DNA of 38,380 bases from a virus (Duplodnaviria > Caudoviricetes): the IMG/VR virus record IMGVR_UViG_3300038696_000181, positions 1 through 38,380 of that record. One strand, written 5' to 3'. Made by a program: the position numbers and the translations under genes. The notes under the pieces were generated by a model. The model saw only the letters and a list, made by a program, of their open reading frames with translations, did no database searches and was not told the origin of the DNA. Shown here piece after piece: positions 16,019 to 26,651 of this stretch (position 1 is the first letter of the stretch; each line of letters starts with the position of its first letter).

Positions 16019-17743
16019 ATGTCTATCTGCAATATTTTTGATCTTGGTTGCTTTGATAAATGCGACGAGGTCGTAATAAACTTGATTACAACGGAGACAA
16101 TCGTCGTTAACACTCGGACGGGACTCTCTTTTACTTTCTCAATCCCAAACCTTGGGCTCCTCAACCCTGGAGTTTATTGTTTCTCAAGATCTGGACAACG
16201 TTACCAATTTATCGTAAAAGACTCCGCGGATTGCTCGACATACGAGCCCGCATTACCTCCCGAGGGCGTTTATCTGGATATCGCGGCGTATCGTTTCGGA
16301 GACCAATTGCAAGAGGCGGGAGTACCTGGAACCGTCCCGAGGACTTTCGTTGATGCGATCGGGCAACCCGCGGGCTTAATGTACGATCGCGGATCCTCCG
16401 TCCTCGCAATGCGATCGAGTACAAATCGACCAACAATTGAGGCGTTTGGAGATATCGACGCCGCTTGGGATTTCACGGGAGCGAGCAAGAGCGGGATAAC
16501 GTACTCTTATCTCCCTCTCTCTCTTAATCCTTTCTCTTTTTTACATGGTATTGATAACTCTTACTCGTTGAGGGCGACTTGTGGATTTCCCGTTGGATCC
16601 AATGGGAATAACATAACGATCTTGACGACAAACGGAGTCGGAAACTCGACGACAATTGGTTTTACTTTGAGAAAGAGCTCCGCAAATGCAATCCAAGTAA
16701 TTGCTCAGAGGGGGACCTCTGGAGTATCGAAATACTTTTATACCCATACGGAGCCAATACTTGATAACGACGTTGCGAGGATCGTTTTAAATATCAACGG
16801 GACGGGAGTCGGAGCGGGATCTTTAACGGTCAACGGAGTTACGGAGACATTTGACGTAACAACGGGAGTCGACTCTTTACCGAGTCCAAACAACGGGATT
16901 ATTATCGGAGGAGCTCTTTTAGCAAGTCCCGACGATATCTTGATACAAGACGTTAAGATTACGTCCGATTTAATGACAACTCAAGAGATCTCCGATTACA
17001 TGGCAGCGCGGCCCGAGGTCTCCCTTGATCCATTTCCTCCCGTTTCAAAGCTCCGATTTAACGCTCTGGATACGGACTTTGTCTTAAACTCTGGGGGATC
17101 TCCCGCAAACGATGGCGAGGAGGTCGCTCAATTACGTAATCAAATCCCAAACTTGCTCGACGCAACGGCTTGGAGATTTCAAAATCCGACGGGAGGAGAG
17201 AGACCCTCTTTCCAAGAGGCAATCCAAAACGGAGAAAACGCTTTACAATACGACGGATCCAACGATGAGTTGGTTAATGATCAATCTTTAATCCCAGAAA
17301 AGGGAGGGGTTTACGCTCTTTTTGTTTGTCAGTTTAACCAAGACTCCGCGGACGGGTCGCACGTTATGAGCGGAGAGGATTATATCGCAATCACGGGAGA
17401 GGATTACGTCGGAGCCTTTTCCGTGCCTTACGGCGTTGCTCACTTCGATACCCAAGTCCCCACGGTTGTCGGGACCGATATCAATAATAATGTCGAGGCG
17501 TATTGTTTAAAACGAGTCGGAGAGAGTTTGACCATGTTTAACGCCAACGGAGAGAGAGACGATCAATCGGATAATATACCTTTCGATCTGGATAATATGG
17601 GTCGACCAAGCGGAGGAGGCGGTTTCGTTAATTGGTGGATGGACGGTCTTGTTTTTCACGTCGAGAGGATCGTTGGAATTGTTTCGGACGAGGATTGTAT
17701 CGCTTACACAAAGCAATTGAGAGATAAATATTTGACACCATGA
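16019..17743 (+). CDS. Tail fibre/adhesin-like virion protein with concanavalin A/LamG-like domains
   Basis: Beta-rich G/T/S/N composition; repeated RP...A..(F/Y)(T/D)G pattern typical of phage LamG-like modules; Cys-rich N-terminus. Confidence 0.55.
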   Translation: MSICNIFDLGCFDKCDEVVINLITTETIVVNTRTGLSFTFSIPNLGLLNPGVYCFSRSGQRYQFIVKDSADCSTYEPALPPEGVYLDIAAYRFGDQLQEAGVPGTVPRTFVDAIGQPAGLMYDRGSSVLAMRSSTNRPTIEAFGDIDAAWDFTGASKSGITYSYLPLSLNPFSFLHGIDNSYSLRATCGFPVGSNGNNITILTTNGVGNSTTIGFTLRKSSANAIQVIAQRGTSGVSKYFYTHTEPILDNDVARIVLNINGTGVGAGSLTVNGVTETFDVTTGVDSLPSPNNGIIIGGALLASPDDILIQDVKITSDLMTTQEISDYMAARPEVSLDPFPPVSKLRFNALDTDFVLNSGGSPANDGEEVAQLRNQIPNLLDATAWRFQNPTGGERPSFQEAIQNGENALQYDGSNDELVNDQSLIPEKGGVYALFVCQFNQDSADGSHVMSGEDYIAITGEDYVGAFSVPYGVAHFDTQVPTVVGTDINNNVEAYCLKRVGESLTMFNANGERDDQSDNIPFDLDNMGRPSGGGGFVNWWMDGLVFHVERIVGIVSDEDCIAYTKQLRDKYLTP

Positions 17744-18501
17744 AAAAAAAATGTTGCGGTCCCAATTGGTTGAGACGTTTGTATTTAAGTAAAACGGGAG
17801 GAGGAGGGACGCCTGCTATCCCTTCGCTCGGCTATGGGCTGCTTTATAACTGGTACGCTGCCACGGATGCAAGAGGCGTTGCTCCTAGTGGTTTTAGGGT
17901 TCCGCTTGATGCTGATTTTTTGGCTTTGATAAATCAATTTGGAGGTGTAAATAATGAGGGGGCAAGAAATTCACTAATGGGAACCAGAAGGTCTTCAGAT
18001 GGTCATCCGTACTGGGATGGAGGCTCAACAACTGCTAACGGAACAAACAGTAGTGATTGGGCTTTTTACGGCTATGGTAGGAGAGACGGTTTTAACGGCT
18101 TGTTTGCAGTGGAAACGGGGCCTTTTAGTGCTCAATTTGGATATTGGTACGTATCAGATTTAGATAGCACATCATCAAATCCTATTAATTATTATCTGAG
18201 TTCAGGGTTATCTCCAAGCAGAGACTCAAACTTTGGCGGTTTTGCAAATTCTGCAAGAAATGGTTATAGCGTTCGGTGCGTTTCCGACACAGAGCCACTA
18301 ACCCCGACAGTAGTCGATGCTGACGGAAACCTTTACACATGGGTTCAAATAGGAGCGCAGTACTGGTTACAACAAAACCTCAAAACAACTACCTACAACA
18401 ACGGAGACACTATTCCAACAGGATTAGATAACTCAGCTTGGGCCGCAACAACCGACGGGGCTTGGGCTTATCCAAACGGTGATTCAAATTTACCAATATA
18501 A
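17740..18501 (+). CDS. Fibrobacter succinogenes major-domain (Fib_succ_major/FISUMP) protein, apparently circularly permuted
   Basis: YGLLYNWYAA..P.GFRVP, GYSVRCV, then DADGNLY..VQIGAQYWLQQNLKT..YNNGD.IP. Confidence 0.8.
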   Translation: MKKKCCGPNWLRRLYLSKTGGGGTPAIPSLGYGLLYNWYAATDARGVAPSGFRVPLDADFLALINQFGGVNNEGARNSLMGTRRSSDGHPYWDGGSTTANGTNSSDWAFYGYGRRDGFNGLFAVETGPFSAQFGYWYVSDLDSTSSNPINYYLSSGLSPSRDSNFGGFANSARNGYSVRCVSDTEPLTPTVVDADGNLYTWVQIGAQYWLQQNLKTTTYNNGDTIPTGLDNSAWAATTDGAWAYPNGDSNLPI

Positions 18502-18513
18502 AAACAAGATAAA

Positions 18514-18849
18514 ATGACAACGCTCTTAATTTGCGCCGCTTTTGTTTACGGCGTCTCGACTGTAATTGATTTAACAACGAGCTTTTTTGGCTTGGATCTG
18601 GATAAAATTTACGAAGGGAAAAAACCTCCTCGATCGTCTGCATTTGATCGAGACCCGATTGATTACAAGGAAAATCCTTTATTTCTCAAATTTATATATA
18701 GACCTCTTTTTTATTGTAATGTCTGTATGTCCTCGGTCTGGGGATCGATTTATTACGTCGTCTCTTTTGGCTTTGTTGATCCTTGGAGTTGGATCCTCCA
18801 TTGTGTAATCTCCGCGGGTTTAATTCAAATTGTCAACCGTTATGTTTAA
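18514..18849 (+). CDS. Small membrane protein with PLFYCNVCMS motif
   Basis: Several hydrophobic segments and a CxxC. Confidence 0.6.
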   Translation: MTTLLICAAFVYGVSTVIDLTTSFFGLDLDKIYEGKKPPRSSAFDRDPIDYKENPLFLKFIYRPLFYCNVCMSSVWGSIYYVVSFGFVDPWSWILHCVISAGLIQIVNRYV

Positions 18850-19504
18850 GCTATTAATCAAAAAGATTGTTGAGGCTTACCTTAACTCAACTCCGAGATC
18901 AATCAAAAAAGAGGGTCTCGTACCTATTGGCCTCGACTCCGAGGGAAATCGATATTACTCTTGGGAGGATCTGGAGTCAATCCCAAAGGCCCGGGTCAAT
19001 CAATTACAAAACTTTGCGATTTTCGACGATCTTAAAATGACCGTCGACAACCTCTTTGATTTGACCAACAAAATAATTGAGATCAATCAAAAGCTCGCGT
19101 CTAATAAAAACGAAAAGAGCAAAGCCCGACTCCATGCACAAATCGGAGCTCTTGCCTCGGAGATGCAATGGAGGACCCAAGAGGATACTCCTTTGGATAT
19201 TATTCTCAATATCGCGTCGGTCCTTGCGGTCCGAGAGGACGAGGATCCCAATCAATTTAAGCAGACGATCCACGAGGAAAAGGTAAAGCAACTTTCCAAA
19301 GAGGAGAAAGACGGTAATTTTTTTTTCTTAACTCACGAGGTTTTCGGAGCCTTAAAACCCTCCTTGATTATGTCGGGCGGCGAATGGAGGGAGCACTCAA
19401 ACCGCTTGATTTACCGAAAAGCCCAACTCGAAAAACGTTCGGGGATAATATCGCGAGAGACGTCGTCAAGAGGAGAGAAGAATCCGACGACGAGCTCGTC
19501 GTAA
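18842..19504 (+). CDS. Probable tail assembly chaperone (gpG-like)
   Basis: Directly upstream of the tape measure gene; contains a slippery T9 run at 19318-19326. Confidence 0.6.
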   Translation: MFKLLIKKIVEAYLNSTPRSIKKEGLVPIGLDSEGNRYYSWEDLESIPKARVNQLQNFAIFDDLKMTVDNLFDLTNKIIEINQKLASNKNEKSKARLHAQIGALASEMQWRTQEDTPLDIILNIASVLAVREDEDPNQFKQTIHEEKVKQLSKEEKDGNFFFLTHEVFGALKPSLIMSGGEWREHSNRLIYRKAQLEKRSGIISRETSSRGEKNPTTSSS

Positions 19505-19605
19505 TGGTCTCGGGATCCCTGGACATTAACGCGAAATCAATTCGCGAATGGTTAACTTTGTTTGCGATGTACTGTAAAAAACAGTCCAAACAATCAAAAC
19601 GTTAA
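19318..19605 (+). other. -1 programmed ribosomal frameshift site and gpGT-like extension
   Basis: AAT TTT TTT TTC; the -1 frame opens immediately after a TAA at 19315-19317 and runs stop-free to 19605. Confidence 0.7.
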
Positions 19606-19608
19606 CAA

Positions 19609-21792
19609 ATGACCGTTGATCCAATTATCCTCCAGATACAAGCGGAGACTCGTAAAATAAAGCAAGATCTCGACAACCTCGACAAGAAAGTCGACCAGAC
19701 TCAAAAGTCGTTTGATCAAGCGGGAAAATCGGGAAAAAAAGCCTTTGACGATACGGGAAAATCCTCAGACAAAGCAAAAAGGAGTATCAACCAACAAGAC
19801 AAATCGGTTGATCGTCTGGAGAGAGGATATAAGAGACTTGAGAGTCGAATTATCGCGGCCTTTGCAATTGATCGCCTCGCGCGATTTACGGGAGAGGCAA
19901 TAAAACTCGCGGGAGAGGTTCAAGGAGTCGAGGCGGCTTTTGGGCGGATCTCCCGACCTGGACTCCTCCGAGAATTGCAAGACGCAACCCGTAACACGGT
20001 CTCCGATCTCGAGTTAATGAAACAAGCCGTCCGAGCCAACAATTTCCAAATCCCTCTCGATCAACTCGCCAGTCTTTTTGACTTTGCGAGACGTCGAGCC
20101 AAAGAGACGGGAGAGGAGGTTGATTTTCTCGTTAACTCGATTATTGCGGGTATTGGACGAAAGTCTCCTCTTATCCTTGACAACCTCGGGATTTCCGCGG
20201 TCCGTCTCCGAAAAGAGCTCAAGGGAGTAGGAGTCCAATCCGCGGATATTGGAGAGATTGCAAAAGTCGTCGGAGACATTGCAACCGAGGAAATGGAGAA
20301 AATGGGAGAGGAGACGGTTACGACAAAAGATCGGATCGACGCCTTAAACGCCTCTTTTGAAAATATGCAAGCGGAGATCGGCGCCGCGTTAATCCCCGCG
20401 GTTGAGGACTTAATGGGAGCTCTCGAGGGTCTTAGTAATCGGTTTGATTATATCGCAGCGGCGGGACTTGATGCTTTTGCGGGAGGATTTTACACTCCCG
20501 AGCAAATCGAGGGTTTAAAGGTAGTAAATAGGTCGATCGATGATCTTATTGTTGAGACGGGTAAATTACTCAACTCCGTTTCGGACGATGGAATCGAGGG
20601 AGCTTGGGAGCAAGTGAGACAAAAAGTCCAAGAGAATATCGTCGAGACTAAAGAGTTTAAGCGACTCTCGGAGCAATTAAAACAAAGAGTCCTCGAAAGG
20701 GCGGACGGCGAACTCTCCGCGATTCGATTTAAGAGAGAGCAAAAAGTTATTACAGAGGAGGAGATTAAATTACAACAGCAATTAAATAAAACGACTCAAG
20801 AGAGAGTCGGTATAATAAAGGGTCTCAAAGACGATATAAAAGCCCTCAACGAGGAGCTCCCGGACGCTCAAAGTCAAGGCGAGATAAATCGAATACTCGA
20901 CGCGAGAAACGCCAAAGAGATACAATTAAACGCGATCCTTAATCAAAGAAAAAATCTCCTTGATTTTGAAAATGACGACACGGATCCGACTATTGATTTG
21001 CCTACCTTTCCCGAGGATCCTTTTGGAATTGGTGCAACTTTACCCGAGAGTCTCCAAAAAGCGGAGGAGGACTTTGAGACCTTTTACGATAATTTATTAA
21101 TGCAGAGAGCGGAAAACGCTCAAAGCGAGGCGGATTGGGCTCAATTTGTAACGGATCAACAAACACAAGCCTTTCAAACAAGACTTGCCCTAGCAAATGA
21201 TTTCTTTTCCGCTCTTATTAGCCTCCAAAGGACAAGCGGTAAAAACGCAAAAGAGCTCGCAACCTTTCAAGCCTTTCTCAACTTTTTCCTTGCAGTTTCG
21301 GACGCTCTCGCTCAACCATTGGATCCGATTACGAAAGCAATTTACGTCGCCTCGATTACGGCTCAATCCGCCGCTCAGATTGCATCGATACAAGCTCAAG
21401 AGCCCCCCTCGTTTTTTAAAGGGACTCCTTTCTTTTCGGACTCACCGTCCAAAGGGCGTAAAAAAGACGACGGTTGGGCGCGTTTACATTACGGAGAGGC
21501 CGTTATACCGTCAGAGGCCAATAAGAGATCGAAAGGACTCTCCGAGGCTTGGATCAACGGGAAAGAGGACGCTTGGATTTATACAAATCATATTTTACCC
21601 GCAATTGTACAAGATCGCACGGATCGAAAGGATCAAAGAGATCGATCCTTTGCTCAAAATATAGCTCGATCAATGTCTCTTAATATGCCAGACGATCGAA
21701 TGGTTAAAGAGCTCAAGAGAAACCGCTTTGTCTCCGAGTTAATGCTTGATGAGATAAAGAAAAAACAACGCAAAAATCCGTATCGCGCATGA
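19609..21792 (+). CDS. Tail tape measure protein
   Basis: Long helical A/E/Q-rich protein; TRNTVSDLELMKQA and GIGRKSPLILDNLGI; C-terminal FFKGT...ARLHYGEAVIP. Confidence 0.85.
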   Translation: MTVDPIILQIQAETRKIKQDLDNLDKKVDQTQKSFDQAGKSGKKAFDDTGKSSDKAKRSINQQDKSVDRLERGYKRLESRIIAAFAIDRLARFTGEAIKLAGEVQGVEAAFGRISRPGLLRELQDATRNTVSDLELMKQAVRANNFQIPLDQLASLFDFARRRAKETGEEVDFLVNSIIAGIGRKSPLILDNLGISAVRLRKELKGVGVQSADIGEIAKVVGDIATEEMEKMGEETVTTKDRIDALNASFENMQAEIGAALIPAVEDLMGALEGLSNRFDYIAAAGLDAFAGGFYTPEQIEGLKVVNRSIDDLIVETGKLLNSVSDDGIEGAWEQVRQKVQENIVETKEFKRLSEQLKQRVLERADGELSAIRFKREQKVITEEEIKLQQQLNKTTQERVGIIKGLKDDIKALNEELPDAQSQGEINRILDARNAKEIQLNAILNQRKNLLDFENDDTDPTIDLPTFPEDPFGIGATLPESLQKAEEDFETFYDNLLMQRAENAQSEADWAQFVTDQQTQAFQTRLALANDFFSALISLQRTSGKNAKELATFQAFLNFFLAVSDALAQPLDPITKAIYVASITAQSAAQIASIQAQEPPSFFKGTPFFSDSPSKGRKKDDGWARLHYGEAVIPSEANKRSKGLSEAWINGKEDAWIYTNHILPAIVQDRTDRKDQRDRSFAQNIARSMSLNMPDDRMVKELKRNRFVSELMLDEIKKKQRKNPYRA

Positions 21793-23795
21793 GAAATTTT
21801 CGATTTAGGCTCAATAATCAATTTGTAAACGAGCCCAATAATTGGGAGGATTTTGAGGAAAACTTTATCCGTGACGAAACCAAGAGACACGTCTTTTTTG
21901 ATTACCCAATCTCCCTTGATTTTATCGGGGACGGGTATCAATATCTCGATGAGGTATATCAAGAAAATTACGACTCTCAAACTCTCTTTGAGGTTTCGGA
22001 GATTACCGAGTCCTCGGAGGTTGTGATCTTTCGGACATTTATAAAGACGTCAAATATTACGTTTGATTTGATCCGAGACATTGCAACAACGCAGATCGAC
22101 GACGTCGTTTATCAGTCCTATATTTTCAACAATTATTCCGTCGAGGTTGGTTGCGGAGCTCAAAAAAGTAAAAACGATTTCGATATTGACTCAATACCGA
22201 GCCTCGATTTATATCTCTTTACACCGTCAACGGGCGTACGCATAGAGGAGGAGGTCAGAGCTTACGACGTTAAATCCGTTATGAGTATGATCATTGATTA
22301 TGTTTCCGACGGATCAATAAATTTCGAGTCGACTTGGTACGACTCACTCCCGACAAACGAGAGACTCGCAATCGCAACGGGCCTCGAGATACGCACAAGG
22401 ACGGGGCGGACGGCCCCAATCATATCGTTGGAGGCAATGTTTGACGAGCTTTGGAAAAAGTTCAATCTTTACTTGATCGTCGAGGATCCTATCTCAAACC
22501 CGACGATCCGACTCGAGGAGGAGTCTTATTTATATGGATCTGAAAATATCCAGGTTTTAAACGTTTCAAACTTATCTCGATCGATTGACTTTGATCGTCT
22601 TTACTCGACGATTAATCTCGGGTCCAATAAAGCAATAAAGGAGAGATCCGCGACTTATCTTTTTCCATATCTCCGACTCTTTGCATTTGTTGAGGAGACC
22701 TTTAATATCTCGGGAGTCGTCAACGTAGACAATCAACTTGATCTCGTTTCCGATTTCGTTATCGATACAAATGTTTTCCAAGACGTCCTCGAGAATGGAT
22801 CCGAAAATTACGACGAGGACATATTTTTAATTCAATACGACGGGGGATCGTTGGATAATGAAGCAATCGCGGGAGATTACTTTGAGGCAACCAATCCCTC
22901 CGCTCGTTTTTACAATGAGATCCTCCTCAACTCAAACGTCGCGGACCGTTTCCAGGTTCTCGGAAATCTTGTCCTCGAGACGGGATTAATACAAACGGCC
23001 TTTCGAGCTCAACAAAACGTTGGATTAAATTATATCGGAGATCTTGGAGCAATCGGGGATTGCGAGATTGCCTTTCCTCTCCAGACCTTTATATTTCAGG
23101 ACGACACCAACCCTCCCAACTTTGATATTGGAGACGATTACGACCCTTTAACGGGAAAATATAAAGCGATTGACGAGGGGGACCATGTTTTTCGATCGGT
23201 TTTTCGGATTAATACATTTGGAAACCCTGGACAATCCGCGGGTCGCCCCGGGTTTGATTTTACTCTTACTTTGCGAGTATCAAACAACCTCGACACGGCT
23301 AACCCGACAAGCTACTTGATTACTCAAATTTTCGCGGACTCCTCAACCTCTGCCTTTTCAATCAGTCCGACGGATTCATTTACGATCCCTCTCGGAGTCG
23401 AGATAACACTTGTTGAGATAATACATACTCGAATAATGCAGATTGACGACGAGGCAACGGTACGGGCTCAAATGGAGGTTTGCTCGACCTCCGCGTTTAC
23501 TTATGCTTTTGGAGTCAATTTATCGACGTTTGAGCTTATCGCCTCTCCTCTTGCGGGAGGGACATATCAAATAAAAGATCCCGACGATTACTTTGTTAAT
23601 CTTTTGGAGTCCAATAGTATTTTGATTGATCCCGTTACTTGGGAGGACTTTAAATCCGATATCTCATCGCGGATAAATATATCGGACGACAAGGATCAAG
23701 TCCGCGTATCTTTCGCGAAAAAAATAACTCGTAAATTAGCCTCGGGAGAGTCAGATATTGAGACCCTTTTTAATCGAAAGCAGCCGATAATATAA
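21789..23795 (+). CDS. Tail/baseplate structural protein
   Basis: Follows the tape measure gene; acidic and beta-rich; FDIGDDYDPLTGKYKA..EG..VF resembles a C1q/TNF-like strand. Confidence 0.6.
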   Translation: MRNFRFRLNNQFVNEPNNWEDFEENFIRDETKRHVFFDYPISLDFIGDGYQYLDEVYQENYDSQTLFEVSEITESSEVVIFRTFIKTSNITFDLIRDIATTQIDDVVYQSYIFNNYSVEVGCGAQKSKNDFDIDSIPSLDLYLFTPSTGVRIEEEVRAYDVKSVMSMIIDYVSDGSINFESTWYDSLPTNERLAIATGLEIRTRTGRTAPIISLEAMFDELWKKFNLYLIVEDPISNPTIRLEEESYLYGSENIQVLNVSNLSRSIDFDRLYSTINLGSNKAIKERSATYLFPYLRLFAFVEETFNISGVVNVDNQLDLVSDFVIDTNVFQDVLENGSENYDEDIFLIQYDGGSLDNEAIAGDYFEATNPSARFYNEILLNSNVADRFQVLGNLVLETGLIQTAFRAQQNVGLNYIGDLGAIGDCEIAFPLQTFIFQDDTNPPNFDIGDDYDPLTGKYKAIDEGDHVFRSVFRINTFGNPGQSAGRPGFDFTLTLRVSNNLDTANPTSYLITQIFADSSTSAFSISPTDSFTIPLGVEITLVEIIHTRIMQIDDEATVRAQMEVCSTSAFTYAFGVNLSTFELIASPLAGGTYQIKDPDDYFVNLLESNSILIDPVTWEDFKSDISSRINISDDKDQVRVSFAKKITRKLASGESDIETLFNRKQPII

Positions 23796-25054
23796 TGAGA
23801 CCGACACCAAATCAACCGATTAAATTTAGACCGACGGGAGACTTTGATACCGAATCTTGCGGGCCCGTTGCTTATCAAGCGAGAATATTTCAAACCGATG
23901 TATTGCGTTGGCAATTCGACATCGACATTTGTCCCAATGCGGAGCAAGTTATCGACGAGCCTTTTTTTAATAACGTCGGATCTTGGACAACCAACGATAA
24001 CGCGACGGTTTTTGGCGGATCGATCAACCTTTGCGCTTTTAGTATTGGAGGGCAACTTTTCCAAAATATGGTCCCAGACATTACGGGCAATTGGTACGAG
24101 TTTTCCGTTGTTATTTCCGCCGTCAACGAAAACATTGGAAATTCAAAATTTAGGGCGTCGAGCTTATTTGACGCGGTCGAATTTCCCGCAACGGTCGGGA
24201 GACATACTTTTTACGTCCAAGCGACCGATAACAATTTTTTGGTTATTACTCTAATTGGTGACGCCTCTCTCAACGTTTCGGGATTTGGTCTTGCAGATAT
24301 TGACGAGGTTACAATGAGAGAGATCGATTATCCGTCTTGCGAGATATTGGATCTTGACGATAACGTCCTCTCAACTCCCTCTCCAGCGTTTGCGGCTCAA
24401 AATTTTGCAAATTGGGAGATTATCCCAGATACTTCAGAGCTCGACGCGGGTCAATTTAAAATAAGGGTTTTTAGGTCTTGCGAGGGCGACGACTCCGATT
24501 TGGAGAGTTGGACCTCGGAGTCCGTTTGTATTATCCGCGAAAACAATCGGGATATTTTAATTGGTGGGTGCGGAAATACCTCCTCTTTTTTGGGGGATTT
24601 CGATCCCGTCGCTCGTTTATCTGGAGAGCTTGCGAGAGGTACGGGTTTCCAATTTCCAAATCGATACACGTACCAAAACTCAAAAGGGCGTTTTTTTAAC
24701 GGTTATACAAGGCGTAATAAAGTGAATACTCTTAAGATCGAGCTTTGCCCCGATCACGTTCGAGACTTTATTTATATGCTCCCTCTCTTTAATACGATCG
24801 GGATAAGGGTTGGCACGGGACCCCAAGAGCAATATTTTATATCTGAGGAGCCAGACGACCCCGTATTTGCAGACGGAGAGAAAACCCTCGCGACAATTAC
24901 TTTGCAACTCGTGAGAAAATCAGTAAATGAAATCTCTAACTTTGTGCAAGATTGCGAGCCGTCACTCCCTCCCGTTGTAATTGGAGATCGAAACTTAAAC
25001 GAGGCGATACAAACGGGCAACAATCCCGCGGAGTCTGAACTTATAAAAGCGTAA
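23795..25054 (+). CDS. Tail structural protein
   Basis: Coupled (TAATG) to the previous gene; acidic and beta-rich. Confidence 0.55.
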   Translation: MRPTPNQPIKFRPTGDFDTESCGPVAYQARIFQTDVLRWQFDIDICPNAEQVIDEPFFNNVGSWTTNDNATVFGGSINLCAFSIGGQLFQNMVPDITGNWYEFSVVISAVNENIGNSKFRASSLFDAVEFPATVGRHTFYVQATDNNFLVITLIGDASLNVSGFGLADIDEVTMREIDYPSCEILDLDDNVLSTPSPAFAAQNFANWEIIPDTSELDAGQFKIRVFRSCEGDDSDLESWTSESVCIIRENNRDILIGGCGNTSSFLGDFDPVARLSGELARGTGFQFPNRYTYQNSKGRFFNGYTRRNKVNTLKIELCPDHVRDFIYMLPLFNTIGIRVGTGPQEQYFISEEPDDPVFADGEKTLATITLQLVRKSVNEISNFVQDCEPSLPPVVIGDRNLNEAIQTGNNPAESELIKA

Positions 25055-25057
25055 AAA

Positions 25058-26029
25058 ATGGATATTGTAATTAAGAATTTTTGGACTTATCCCGTCGATA
25101 CAACTACTCAAAAGGATATAGTTGTCCTCTTTGCAAAGCCCGACGGATCGGAAGGTTATGCGATAAGGCAGCAAACAAAGGAGGACCTCTTTAAGATCAA
25201 TCCCTCGATGAGTCTCGCCTTTAACCCTGGAGGAAATTATACGCCGATTGTTTTTGATACGGTATCAAACGCTCGTTTGACTTTCGACTCTGTTATTGGA
25301 CTCCTCGAGTTTATTGGAATGTCAATCGTAAAATTTGACTCAAATACCAAAATCCAATTTGAGGAAACGAGCGGAGAGATTATTAATTACGACGCTCTTG
25401 CAGACGTAAAACTCAATTATCTCGCGGGCCCAAAATTTCTTTGGTACGAAAATCTCGGATCTCTAATTATGTCGAGCAATTTCGCTAGCGCCGATTTAGA
25501 AATGAAAAACGCTGATTCTTTAGTTTCCTTGATAATGGGCGGATTAAATGCAGACACGGGACAAAAGGTTGGACGGGTACTCTTAAAAGACGCAAATAAT
25601 AACGCGATGGATTTACGCTCGAACTTAACCGAGCTTGATGAGGACGTTTTTGCTTATTTACCAAGTCCGAGAAATGATTACGACCCAATATCCGACGACC
25701 CTCTCAATTTAGCTTATCGAGAGGACGATCAATTTCGATTTACCGACAATCCGTCAAACGCGGACGTTATAACGGCTCAATCTGGGAGGCACTCGGTCCA
25801 GGTTGTCCGTATTGTTGCGCCAATAGCAAACTTAACTTTGGACTTGCCCGCGGCAAAAAATGGGGACGTTGTTGATTTTAGCGTATTCGGAGGGCCGACG
25901 ACAAGTATAACAATGACCGCGGCGGGAGGAGCGTCAATCGACTCCGCCTTAACGGGCACGTCCTCTCGACATATTCGGACATGGATTTACGACGATGGGT
26001 TGAACGCTTGGTTTCGGTTCTCCTCTTAA
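25058..26029 (+). CDS. Tail fibre-like structural protein
   Basis: C-terminal TLDLPAAKNGD...WIYDDGLNAW pattern typical of fibre tip domains. Confidence 0.5.
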   Translation: MDIVIKNFWTYPVDTTTQKDIVVLFAKPDGSEGYAIRQQTKEDLFKINPSMSLAFNPGGNYTPIVFDTVSNARLTFDSVIGLLEFIGMSIVKFDSNTKIQFEETSGEIINYDALADVKLNYLAGPKFLWYENLGSLIMSSNFASADLEMKNADSLVSLIMGGLNADTGQKVGRVLLKDANNNAMDLRSNLTELDEDVFAYLPSPRNDYDPISDDPLNLAYREDDQFRFTDNPSNADVITAQSGRHSVQVVRIVAPIANLTLDLPAAKNGDVVDFSVFGGPTTSITMTAAGGASIDSALTGTSSRHIRTWIYDDGLNAWFRFSS

Positions 26030-26101
26030 AGTATTTTGTTTAATTTTGATTTATAAAGCGGCTTATCGGGGCCAACTCGACAATAATAAAATAACAAGAA
26101 A

Positions 26102-26635
26102 ATGTCTCTTTGTGCCAACGCTTTAGAAAATTACGTTAACGCCGATTGCGAGGACACCTTTGCGGGCGGTATCCGATCAATTATCGTTTTTCAAGACGAA
26201 CTCCCAGAGGATCCGAGTAACGCGGATCAAGTCCAAGCCCTATTGGATAACGGGAGCGCCAAACTTTTAACCTCTCTAAAATGCGGATTTCCCGAGCCGT
26301 CTCCCGTAACGTCTCCCTCGATGAGATCTTGCTCTCCAGAAAGGACGATTAATTACGATCGGACAATGACCTTAATCGATGCAAATGTCATTTCGGGCAA
26401 CGTCGATTTTTACAACTCGTTAAATAATACGACGGGCTTTGAAGCGTCTGGATTGATTGCTCATCATTGCGACGTCGATCGGATTTCATTTATCACGGAT
26501 CCAATAGCATTTGAGGGAGGGTTAATTATCCCAGACGACAACATTGATCAACCTCAACATTTCGCTTATACGGGTAAATGGAAGTCCAAAGGAGATCCGA
26601 AATTATACGCAAGTCCTGGAGATATTTTCGCGTAA
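26102..26635 (+). CDS. Probable major tail tube protein
   Basis: 177 aa acidic protein with N-terminal C...AGGI motif; own TAATTTTG box near 26041. Confidence 0.45.
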   Translation: MSLCANALENYVNADCEDTFAGGIRSIIVFQDELPEDPSNADQVQALLDNGSAKLLTSLKCGFPEPSPVTSPSMRSCSPERTINYDRTMTLIDANVISGNVDFYNSLNNTTGFEASGLIAHHCDVDRISFITDPIAFEGGLIIPDDNIDQPQHFAYTGKWKSKGDPKLYASPGDIFA

Positions 26636-26651
26636 TTAATTACTCGAAAAG

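Noticed and set aside
17740-18501. Diversity-generating retroelement
   Set aside because: The target-type domain is present, but no reverse transcriptase and no template repeat of the SVRC region were seen in the window. One outside the window cannot be excluded.
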